Source of the DNA: Catajapyx aquilonaris
Taxonomy: Eukaryota
DNA: 20,000 nucleotides
Reading direction: 5' to 3'
NCBI GenBank assembly: GCA_000934665.2
Contig: KZ538083.1
Span: forward strand, 109,840-129,839
Of this stretch, positions 9,108-20,000 are shown piece by piece (the stretch's first letter is position 1; the number at the start of each line of letters is the position of its first letter). The notes under the pieces are model-generated. The model was given only the letters and a program-made list of their open reading frames with translations. It made no database searches and was not told where the DNA came from. The position numbers and the translations under genes are program-made.

Positions 9108-12100
9108 TTATTTGAGAACAAACTGATCTGGCATGCTGAGAGTAAGATGGAAGACATCTTCAACAGTGGTAGGTCCATCTGTGAAAAAGGGAAAAGGGAG
9201 TTATATGGATTAGTCATGGATTAATTTGACCATATGAAAATAATTAACAGGTTCAGTGAAAGGAGCCTGGATCAGTTGACATTACGCAATTGTCCAGTAC
9301 TTGCAATGAGCCCTGAAATTCAATGTAAACAAAGCATGCTTACTCATCTGGTACCAATCTGTGCGTCCCTGCTCTCCTCTTGCGGAATCTAGAGCATCTC
9401 TCATGGCAAATATTACTGTGCATGAGGTGCAAAGTGGGGCTTCTCCAGTGCTCTTAGACCTTAGAACACCCAATGGATTAGGAGCTTTTTTCAGGAAGGT
9501 CAAGAAAAACTGCTCCGGTATGTCTCGAGCAGTAGGAGGCTTGTACTCCCAGGTGTTGTGGGTCAGCAGTTCTCCAGTATTGACATCAAAACGGAATTTT
9601 TCAGTAAGCCACATTCCCAGGCCCATAACGAAGGCACCTTCAACCTGTCCAACGTCGACCAGTGGACTCATGCTCATTCCAACATCTTCAAGTATGTCTG
9701 CTCTTCTTATCTGTTAGGAGATGTCATTGTATTTCCAATTTCACCAATGTGAAAATGTGTTGGTAGTGTTCAATGACTTACGATGGTTTGTGCTGTGAGC
9801 ATATCCATCTCAACTTCCATGGCGGTTATGGCGTACACGTGATATGTCTTGGGAGGATCTCCATACTTATACATGTACTGGGCCACTAAATTAACACCAG
9901 AACTGTGGCATTCAGCAATCAATTGTTGCCAAGTTGGGTTCTTCATTCTGTCCCGTACTGGTTTGATGCGCTCGTTCAACATTTTGCAGCACTGTTGCGC
10001 AGCCTGGGTAATTAATAAAGAGAAAATTATATGGAAGCTGGAAAAATGGTTTCATAATGAAAATGATCATGTGGTGGAAGAATCGCTTATCAGTGCTCAA
10101 TTTCAGCTAATTTGTACGACGACATGGATTGCATTTGCTGTTACTGTACTGGTACTTATAAATACTCCCAGAGTATGTCCTTTTGGTGTAATGAAACTTA
10201 CATATGCATTAAGATCACTGGCCATGGCTGCTCCTGTGACACCACTGTTTGCTCCGACCAAATTGTCCGCTGCCTTCACTTTGACCAAATCAAGTGGGAT
10301 GCCCAGCTCGTAGGCAACCACCTGAGCCACTTTGGTATTGATCCCTTGGCCCATTTCAATTCCACCTATTGAAATGCCTACTGTTCCATCTTCATGGTAG
10401 ATGGCAACAAACGCTGGGTACGGTATGCCGTAATGCACTGGCCATCGCATTGGCATTAGAGCCAAGCCCTTCTTTCTCCAGCGATTTTCCTGAAGGAAGA
10501 ATTGGCAAGGTTAGCATCCTAACAACTTGTGTTGTAAAAAAACAGCAGACATGTAACAATATGGCGCTTTTAAAGTTTCATTAGTGTTTGTGTGTGCAAA
10601 TTCAGTTTTGTCACATGGCTCTTTTCCAATAAAGGTCTAATCACCTTATTGAACTTGTCAATTTCAGCTCTGCGACCCTTGTAATTGGATGAGTCTTCAA
10701 CGGCCTTCTTCATCTCAGGGATGGGAAAGAACTCATCCAATTCTTCAAATGGTTTTATGTTACCCATAAGGTCCATAGTGATCAGCTTATCTCCTGGTTT
10801 CATCATGTTGGCTTCACGAACTTTCCAAGGATCCAGCTTTGTTTCTCGAGCAATATGCTCCATTATAGTTTCAATCAGAGCAAGTCCCTGCATAGTACCT
10901 GAAATATATTTATTTAGCTTGATTAGTTTGAACAGGATGTTATTTAGTAGTGACACTACTAGGCTTCAGTTGTGTTGTAGTACCGTACTGCGCAATATTA
11001 CAATGACATGTGTTTGCTGTGTGAACACATTAATCTGCAGATTTTACCAGTTTGTTCACTTTGGCAGCTATGTAGACGCTTCTTATTATCGTAAGTATTT
11101 TTGCATGAAAGTAACTTGCTAATTGTCACTAACCAGGTGATCGGCAGAATACATTGGTTGCTGTGTTTGTCAGGACTCGGCCTGCTGGCATTTTCCAGTT
11201 CGTAGCATCGTAGCAGTTCTGAGCTGTAACTGCTGCGTAAAAGGATGTTGACTCATTGTAGTCAATTCCAGTGTCACAAATAAGGCTGCTCTTTAAGCTC
11301 TGAATCTTTCCAGTTTTGTCATCTACCACAACCTAATGATTACAAAAATAGGTCAATGTGCATTTTATTTGATAGCCCATATTCATACCTCATATTTGCA
11401 CAAGTATGGTTCACGCCTTCCACACATCTTCATGTTGGTGTCAATGTCAAGTACCATCCTGATGGGTCTATTTAGTTTGTATGCAGCTAGTGCACATCCA
11501 GCAGCAACCACAGATGCACGGGAGATCTTGGCACCATATGCGCCTCCTACTCTTTTCACTCTCACATTCACTCTGTCAAAGAGGAGATACCATCATGTTG
11601 TGCTGCATTCTTTACAACCACTGGGATGTATACATACGTGTTGTTTGGAATTTTCAACATCTGAGCCACACAATTCTGCACGTGGTCAATCCACTGAGTG
11701 GCCGAGTACACGTCGAATCCATCATCTGACGGGACACAGTAACCGACCTGCTTCTCAATGCTGAAGTGGTACTGATGCGCTGTCTCAAGTTCACCCTTGA
11801 TGGTTTTGGTGCTTGTGATCAGTGGAGGATTGTTCGGATCTGGTTCTGGGCCCATGGTCGGTTCTCCAGATATAGTTCCACTCTCCATTTTGCCATGCTT
11901 CAGAGCATCTTTGATGGTCAATATTGGTTTCTTGATGTCGGTGTAGTCCACCTTCACTTTCAATGCAGCTTGGGTAGCTAGTGTTGGGCAGTCTGCCACG
12001 ATGAGGCCCACGGGTTGGCCAGCGTACACCACTTTTCCACTGCACAGGATCTAAATATGAACAGAAAGGTATAATTTATTATCGGATGTAAAGACCTGCT

Positions 12101-15100
12101 GTTGAACTACTGACCTCCTCTGGATACATTCCCATCAACTGAACATTGTTCATTCCAGGGATGTCTTCAGCACGGTAGAAGGCAACTACACCATCCATTT
12201 TCTAATATGCCGATATTAACCGATATTAAGTGATTGGAATAAAGATCATAGCAGAATACTAACCAAGGCTTCAGAAGGATCAATCTGTTGAATCTTTGCA
12301 TTTCCTTGCGTTGTAAGTACAAACGCGGCATGCAGTTCATTAGGACGGTGAGGCATGTCATTGACGTACTCTGCTTCTCCTGAAGAATGACAATGTGCAA
12401 TTAATACTAGCAGTGTCATTTAATTAATGATACCAACCTGAACATTGAGCCAATGCTTCCAGCTTGACCACAGCCTTGCTGAGAGGCCAGGTGCTTTCAT
12501 CGGTGTCAAAGTCTTGCTTTCCTGAGGACAATCCTCTTTCCAAGTGGTCAGCTCCTGTCTTCAGACGGGGACCAACAACATCTCTCAGAACAAAGAGCAC
12601 AAACTTGTAGAACAGTGCCAGGGACAGATTTTTCCGAAATTCTGGTGACGATTCAACTGGAGACGGTTCCGGTACAATTTCTTCTGACAAAACCTTGATG
12701 GCTTCGTTTAGTGTATCCTGATTGTTCAGCTGCTTTCCGTTCAAGTATTGCTCAGTTTTAGTTGCGTGAATCTGCATAGAAAATCACATATTTGTTATGT
12801 AACACACAAACTGTTCATATCTGCACTAGTTCTTACGAAATGTTCCCCGATTCCTCCGTAGACAATCCGTGGTTGTTCGGTAATCTGATAGTTTTTAGAC
12901 GGATCAACTTTAGCCAAGAATCCAGCGTTGACGTAAGCATGTGAAAACTGATATCGTGGCAGAACCTGGAAAATGTTCTCTGTCAGTCTTACCTGCAACT
13001 ATTACAGCAAAATCAAAGAATCACCTTAAAAGTCCTCATGAGATATGATCTGTCGAGTTTTGGAAACGTGAAGCTCAGCAGAATTTTATTTTTCATATCA
13101 ATTTTGAGGAACTCAGGCATAGTCATTTCCTTGTTTCCATCTAGCAAAAAAAGTCAAGGTAATCTGTCAATAAGAAGCGGCGCCATCGTGTCTACTTTTT
13201 GTCTATGTACCTTTGGATGCGATAACAACTTTCACTCCGGCTGTTTCAAGCGGTAGGAACAAATCTGACGAAAATCCTTGAAGTCTATGCTTCATCATGA
13301 TATTACCCGCCAAGGTTCCAACCTGCGAGAGAAGAATACTAATTCAATATAACAAAAGACACGCAAATATTCAATTTTGTAACAAAATTACTAAAAGGAA
13401 GAACACTCCAAATAATTATGTAACTGAGAGGCTGAGAGGTAAAAAAAAAGTATTACATCTCTTATGGCATGACTGGCAAGCTTTTGCAGGTGGTGCAATA
13501 CAGCTGACAGGTAGCTGTAGTCTTTATTTTGAGTAGTTGCTTCAGCCAAAGTCGTCATTAATTCAGATATCGTGACTTCTCCTCCAAGGGTCAAAGGGTC
13601 AAGTTTTCTTTCTCTCAGCTCCGGTATGCCATTCAGATCTATGTAAGCATCGTACGGTCCTTCATGCTTGAATACACCTGTGTAGAGGGTAACGTAAATA
13701 AATAAGTAAAATAAATAATAGCTTTATCATATTATATAATATACCAGATGCTGTGTTAGCTCCAACTAGTCGCACCGACTTGTCCTTTAACTGATCCATG
13801 ATTTGAAAACATTCTGCCAATTTGGTAGGTCGAAACCATTGAGCACCATCTTTTGATTGTATCCACACTGGCAGATTCTCTATTGGTAATTTCTGGCAGC
13901 AGTTATCCGGGTTACCGCAGCATCCATTTTTTCCAATGTCCTAGAAGAGTAATAGTTCTTCCTGAAGTCATCTATTACATGCCAGGAACTCGTGACAGAT
14001 GCGTGTAAGCCACAAACGACCTCACGTGAGATGCTGCGATAGAGTTGTATATACATGGACCACAATACACGCAATGGCAGGGCAAGGGTGGAGTGTACTA
14101 GTGACTAATAGTACTAGAGATAGAGCTTTAAAAAAAAGTTAAAAGTCCTACCTCAATATCGCCGCATCTAAGCTTTATTTGTTCCTTCAGGTCCTCAGAT
14201 GCGTCGGATGCGAACGATTTAAATGTGTCCAGAATAGGACGGAAGCCGGTACATCTGCATATGTTCCCGTCCAGGTTGTCCTCAGCATCTTGCATTGTGA
14301 ATTTCGGATTCTGTTGCTGCGTGCTGTAACAAAATATTAATAATTATGGAAAATACTGCAGGTCATACATGGTGCAGTACCTGTTCATAATCATGACCAT
14401 TCCAGGACTGCAGAACCCGCATTGGGACCCATTGAATTGGGCCAACCGCTTCTGGATCTCGTGATGACCTTTGCGCTTGTCACCTAGGCCATCGACAGTG
14501 GTGATGTCCCATCCGTCGCACAGCATCACCGGAATCAAACACTGCAATTATGATCTTAGCCAATGACCACATCCTTCTGGAGCCCCACATATTTTGAAAT
14601 GTACCGGTACGTACCGAGTTGACAGCGCAAACTTTGTCCGTTTTGCTGGGTCTGTCGGGTACCCTCGCGGTGACAATACACGCACCGCAGCCTCCTTCAC
14701 GACATGACACTTTGGTGCCTTTGAAAGCAGCCACATCTCGAATGAAATCCACCAGACGCATCCGTGACGAAGTGTTTTGATCCACTGTAATATGTTATCA
14801 TTACGCACAATGCAATGACATTTTACATAATGTGTGTCCGAACCTGTGAAGTTTTGGCCGTTTATTCTTAACTTGATGCTGGTCAAAGGTGAATCGTCTC
14901 GAACCACGGTGTGGCATTTCAAACACGATCTGGTCCCATCGGGTTTTCTGTCCAAGGGCAACCTGGAATTTCTTATAGATATCACTTTCGTGCTTTCGCA
15001 TAGAAATATTTTTTAGAAATTGTTTTCTAATGGCAATAAAGTTTGTATTTGCCTGCGTTATTTTGAAACCTTTTATTATGCTATTTGGAAGGCCTTGGGG

Positions 15101-15668
15101 ACACCGCCATCGGGGAGTTATTCTCACGAAATTTTTATTAAGGCAATAAACCGCAATATATTGTTGAAAGAAACGTACCCTGGTCATAATGCTGGTGTAA
15201 AAAGTGGTTGGAATTGATTCCAAACTGATATGAAAGTAGGTAGCCAAAATATGATTAGCAAAAGTACTTTCACATTCCATTAAATATTACTGTACAGTAC
15301 TCTATATAGAATATAGCCTGGAGCAAATATTTATTTCACATAATTATAGTCATGTGACAGGGTGTTTCTTACTAATTAGTAGGTCAGTAAGAGGCTTAAA
15401 ATATATGAAGTCATAAACAAGAAATAATTAGCTGCGAATTAATTTTAGTGTGGCTGTGTATATGCTCGGGCATTACATGAGGAGGACTGTATAGAGAAAA
15501 ATTAAATTCAGCATGATTTTATCACTAAACGACACCTTTGAACATCGACGGCATGCAAACGTCCTTGCATGTTATTAGTGACAAATAAATTAAACGACAT
15601 GCTACATACTCGGTGCTGCACACTGGACAATTGGTTTGCCACAACTCCTTGCTGGATTGAAGCCCCAT
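9108..15668 (-). CDS. Aldehyde oxidase/xanthine dehydrogenase-family molybdo-flavoenzyme, copy 1 (complete, ~1329 aa); exons 15668-15610, 14962-14844, 14784-14615, 14541-14381, 14323-14152, 13940-13745, 13677-13457, 13322-13211, 13140-13025, 12965-12837, 12771-12438, 12379-12264, 12201-12115, 12050-11638, 11572-11389, 11332-11134, 10898-10645, 10489-10202, 10003-9782, 9710-9344, 9178-9108
   Basis: 2Fe-2S motifs [24 protein letters not shown] and [16 protein letters not shown]-domain [11 protein letters not shown] and HAYVNAGF; Moco-domain [34 protein letters not shown] and SKSTGEAPL. The exon total is 3990 nt with consistent phases. The first exon is inferred and less certain. Confidence 0.93.
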
Positions 15669-15764
15669 TGTGACTCCGAAGTGACTGGAAGAGAACCACC
15701 TTGCTAATTGCGACTCCGAAGAAGACAGCCTTGGATAGGCATTACTTGCACATACATACGTTAC

Positions 15765-15855
15765 CAAGAGAAATGATTGGTAGATGCCTTTTCCTTCCTT
15801 CACCTCACAGCACTGACAAGTGATCGCTGAGATTGAGATAGACCAAAGAGCTGGA
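15765..15855 (-). other. Putative 5'-UTR exon of AOX copy 1
   Basis: Acceptor TTGTTATGCAG (15857-15856) and donor TTG|GTAACG (15764). An 80-bp intron leads to acceptor TTCTCTTCCAG (15686-15685), 16 nt before the ATG. Confidence 0.45.
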
Positions 15856-16934
15856 CTGCATAACAACAATAAAAAGTAGCATCACGATAATAAAAAGTTG
15901 GGTCACATGTGACCTTGGAGCGCCACCTGTCCTAGCACGAATTGCTAGCTTTATTTGCGGAACTTAACATTGTCCCATCTGCATTTAACTCCCTGCATGC
16001 AAGCCGATTACCCGGAAACAAATTTTTTGCATGCGTAATGACGCACCCACCTTTTTTATTGGCCACAAAGTCAGAGTGACACTACTGATTAATGGAAGTT
16101 CAGTCAAGCCCGTTAGGATATTACATAAACTTGGCCAAATATGTTAGTGCGTAGTAGGTGATTTAATTGTGTAATAATGTAACGAAATCTCCTGGTGCTC
16201 TTTCAATTTCTGAGGAATAGGAATAGGTATATATGTAGATATCATAAATCGCCGTAGGGGACGTCCTTAGAAGGAAAAAAAAGTATATTGCTGATGTTGC
16301 ATAGCACCAGGATGCTTGGTAGAACCTTTTTTCCTTGGGAGATACGTATGGCCTGTTCTTGAAGTTTAAAACGAGGAAGTCCGACAGGAATTGTGTCAAA
16401 AGTCTGAACATGCAGGAGAAGGATATTCAAGTACAACTTGTCTTGGGGTTGGATGTATTAAATTAAAAGCAAAATTAGGTTAATATTTTTATAGTAGTGA
16501 ATGAATACAATGTTTGATATGTGGGGTTAAAAGCCGGAGTTATGTAGACTATACATATTGTAGGTACGTCGCCCTGCAAGCATATTGAACAGCAATGGTA
16601 TAAGAGATGCGATTCTAAAACTAAAACCTCTGCCAGAGACTATCAAAATTGTAATTAATTGAAGCTATATGTGTGAATACGGGTATACATTATAGTCCTG
16701 TTTAGGAATATAGCGTGTAACTGCTGTGAGACCGATGTCCGATGGCAGGTTAATTTGTTGCAACACTTCCATAATGTGGGTACTATTCAGTTGCGAGATA
16801 TGGAATAATAAAAACCACCACCATCAAATATTTGAAAGGTAGCTTTTACAATTATTGATAACTGGTATGTGGCTGGCAGACAATTTGATTAACAATGCTG
16901 CTTTTGACGATTACACTCGCATATTAGTAGACAT

Positions 16935-19900
16935 CTACAAACGCGACGACTCCTTCAGAACATATTGGTCAGGTGTGCTGAGAGTCAGATGAAAGACGTC
17001 CTCCACAGTGGTAGGCCCGTCTGCACAAAAGTGAGAACAACTGGTTATTTTTAAAACCACATTAGGGAATTTGGTAAACATGGCTCAAAAGTAAACTTAC
17101 TCATTTGATACCAGTCTGATCGACTCTGCTCGGCTCTGGCTGAGTCCAGGGCATCTCTCATGGCAAACAACACGCAGCAGGCCATGCAAAGCGGGGCTTC
17201 CCCGGTGCTCTTGGCCCGAAAGACACCAAGGGGGTTGGGGGCTTTCTTCAGCAACGTCAAGAACATCTTTTCTGGTATGTCTCTGCTGCTAGGAGGCTTG
17301 TACTCCCAGGTGTTGTGGGTCAGCAGTTCCCCAGTGTTCTCATCGAATCGGAATTTCTCTGTCATCCACAGCCCCAGACCCATGACTAGAGCACCTTCTA
17401 TCTGCCCAATGTCAACATCCGGATTCATGCTCACCCCCGTATCTTCCAGTATATCGGCTCTTCTTATCTGGAAAGTGTAACAAGCACATGAGCAATTGAA
17501 GTGCATGGGTATATGTGGGTGGATCCTGCTTCTTACAATGGTTTGTCCAGTGAGCATGTCCATCTCGACCTCCATTGCAGTTATGGCATACACATTGTAT
17601 GACTTTGGAGAATCGCTGTGGGTGTACAAGTACTGAGCTGACAGATTGACCCCAGAGTTGTAGCACTCTCCAACCAACTGCTCCCAAGTTGGATTCTTCA
17701 TCCTGTCTCTCACTGGTTTCATACGTTCATTCAGAATCTTACAGCATTGTTGTGCAGCCTAGAGAGAGAGCATCGTGTGAAGTCAAACTGAAAGCATACA
17801 CATTCTGAGGGACACTGTTGCTCTTACGTAAGCGTTGAGATCACTGCCCATTGCCCCTCCGGTGACACCACTGTTGGCTCCTACCAAGTTGTTGGCTGCC
17901 TTCACTTTGATCAGGTCCAGATGTATGCCTAGTTCGTAGGCAACCACCTGGGCCACCTTGGTGTTCATCCCTTGGCCCATTTCGATTCCACCTATTGAAA
18001 TGGCCACTGTTCCATCCTCGTGATAGATGGTCACAAAAGCTGGGTATGGTATTCCATAGTGCTGGGGCCAACGCATCGGAACCAATGCCAGACCCTTCTT
18101 TCTCCAACGATTGGTCTGAAACGAATACGAATTTAGCAACTCTGTTACGTTCAGACATATATGCACACCCTGTAGCAATACCCTGTTAAACTCATCAATC
18201 TCGATCCGACGAGTTTTGTAGTTGGATGAATCTTGCAGTGTCTTGAACATCTCCGGTATCGGGAAGAAATCATCGAGTGGTTCCAGGGGTTTAGCTTGAC
18301 CTCTCAGTATGTCCAGATCCATCACCATATCTCCTGGTTTCAACAAATTGGCTTCACGAACTTTCAATGGATCCAGCTTCACATCTCTGGCGATATGTTC
18401 CATGATTGTCTCAATGAGAGCTATCCCTTGGACCGTGCCTGGTAAATGGGACACAAGTCAAGCTTACTGTACACAACTTGTAAATTGCCCTAAAACTAAC
18501 CAGGTGCTCTGCAGTATATATTGGACGCTGTATTAGTCAGGACTCGACCAGCAGGCAATTTCCAGTTTGTAGCGTCGTAACAATTCTGAACAGTAACTGC
18601 GGCATAAAATGACGTCGTTTCATTGTAGTCGATTCCAGTGTCGCAAATCAAACTGGCCTTCAGCTCCTGGATTTTTCCTGTCTTCTCATCCACCACGACC
18701 TGAAATTGTCCGTTTTACATTTTTCCGTACATTTCCGAACTGTCCATAACCTCGCACCTCATACTTGCACAGGTATGGCAGACGTCTTCCGCACAGCTTC
18801 ATGTTCGTGTCTATGTCAAGCACTATTCTGACAGGACGATTCAATTTGTATGCAGCCAGGGCACATGCACCAGCGACCAAGGATGGCCGTGTGATTTTGG
18901 AGCCATAGGCGCCTCCCAACCTTCTAACCTGTATGTTCAGCCTGCAAACGGAGACAGATTGTCACACTGTACTTGCTAGACCATAACGGACAGAGACAGG
19001 TGAAGGACAGTTCCAAGTTATTATACATAATTACCAAGAGTTATTTTTACATTTCCTGATACGAGTCATAAAACCCATGAATGAACTTATGTAATGGGTG
19101 AGTCAGTGCTTACGAATTATCTTGTATTCCGAGAGTCTGTGCGATGCAATTCTGCAGATGGTCGTACCACTGGGTGGCTGCATAGACGTTCAGTCCATCT
19201 TCGATCGGTATGCAACACACAACATGCTTCTCAATCATAAAATGGTACTGATGTCCAACTTCAAACTCGCCTCTGATTGTCTTTGTTCCTTGGTTGACAG
19301 CCTTATTCTTAGGCTCAGGACCTAAGACGGATTCTTCATTAGCGGCTGGCTCCAAAAGTCCTGCTTTCAGAGCCTGTTTGATGGTCAAAATTGGTTTCTT
19401 GATGTCGGTGTAGTCCACCTTCACTTTCAAGGCAGCTTCGGTGGCTTGTGCTTGGTTTTCGGCAACGATGATACCCACAGCTTGTCCGGCATACTTGACT
19501 TTCCCACTACACAGCAACTGAGGACATAATTAAAACATCACATTAGAGCAAGATCCTGACTCGATGCTGCATACTGACCTCTTCTGGGTACATGCCAGCC
19601 ATCTGAAGATTGTTGATTCCAGGGATGTCTTCAGCCTTGAAAAACGCCACGACGCCATCCATTTTCTGAAATAACCCATAATTATAAATCACACAATAGA
19701 TCCTAGATATTGAGGTACTGACCAACGCCTCTGAAGGATCAATCTGTTTTAGGTTAGCGTTAGCTACAGTAGTCAACACGAAAGCAGCATGAAGTTCATT
19801 TGGCCGATGTGGAATGTCATTAACATACTCTGCCTCTCCTGCAAAAAATTAATTAACGTAAAGACCATTATATTAAACAGAGTAGTTCGTGTACCAACCT

Positions 19901-20000
19901 GAACACTGAGCCATTGCTTCCAACTTGATAACAGGTTTGCTTAGAGGCCATGTGCTTTCATCAGTGTCAAAATCTTGCTTCCCGTACGAAACGCCTCTTT
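16935..20000 (-). CDS. Aldehyde oxidase/xanthine dehydrogenase-family, tandem copy 2 (3' half; 5' part beyond the window); exons >20000-19899, 19838-19723, 19665-19579, 19517-19114, 18941-18758, 18699-18501, 18438-18182, 18115-17828, 17758-17537, 17467-17101, 17020-16935
   Basis: Paralogous to copy 1 with identical intron positions and phases. [35 protein letters not shown] and AKSTGEAPL are present. The protein ends ...PDQYVLKESSRL*. Confidence 0.93.

Noticed and set aside
12987..12998. TTGCAG|GTAAGA recursive-splice-like motif on the minus strand
   Set aside because: It lies inside a 59-bp intron, and the resulting 32- and 27-nt pieces are too short to splice.
3632..15668. HYI near an XDH-family gene as a purine/glyoxylate catabolic cluster
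   Set aside because: Two unrelated genes intervene and the enzymes lack the xanthine-binding Glu/Arg, so this is most likely ordinary adjacency.
16326..16411. Alternative AOX copy-1 first exon MFRLLTQFLSDFLVLNFKNRPYVSPKEKR (also phase 2)
   Set aside because: The donor is weak (AG|GTTCTA) and it would leave CLKC without a partner CxxC. The 15668 exon fits better. It cannot be fully excluded as a minor isoform.
1..20000. CRISPR arrays, rRNA/tRNA genes, prokaryotic operon or defence systems
   Set aside because: No repeat-spacer periodicity or RNA-gene signatures were seen. The fragmented ORFs are explained by spliceosomal introns, not by pseudogenisation.

Overview
Gene-dense, intron-rich eukaryotic DNA with many 55-250 bp GT-AG introns; the proteins look arthropod-like. 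Manual splicing gives seven genes: the first coding exon of Wntless (-, absent from the ORF track), tRNA 2'-O-methyltransferase TRM13 (+, 4 exons), hydroxypyruvate isomerase HYI (-, 5 exons), an uncharacterised BC-box/LRR protein (+, 2 exons), ESCRT-II subunit SNF8/VPS22 (+, 5 exons), and two tandem aldehyde oxidase/xanthine dehydrogenase-family genes (-; one complete with 21 coding exons, ~1329 aa, one cut by the window end). Main observations: (1) the complete AOX copy appears to start with an N-myristoylation motif plus a CxxC-x15-CxxC zinc ribbon that forms only after splicing, while its paralog ends in a peroxisomal PTS1 (SRL), suggesting different subcellular targeting; (2) TRM13 intron 2 contains a sequence complementary to the exon-3 splice acceptor; (3) a 21-bp-arm palindrome lies between divergent genes; (4) the TRM13 and HYI 3' ends probably overlap. 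All gene models were derived by hand and are not confirmed by transcripts.
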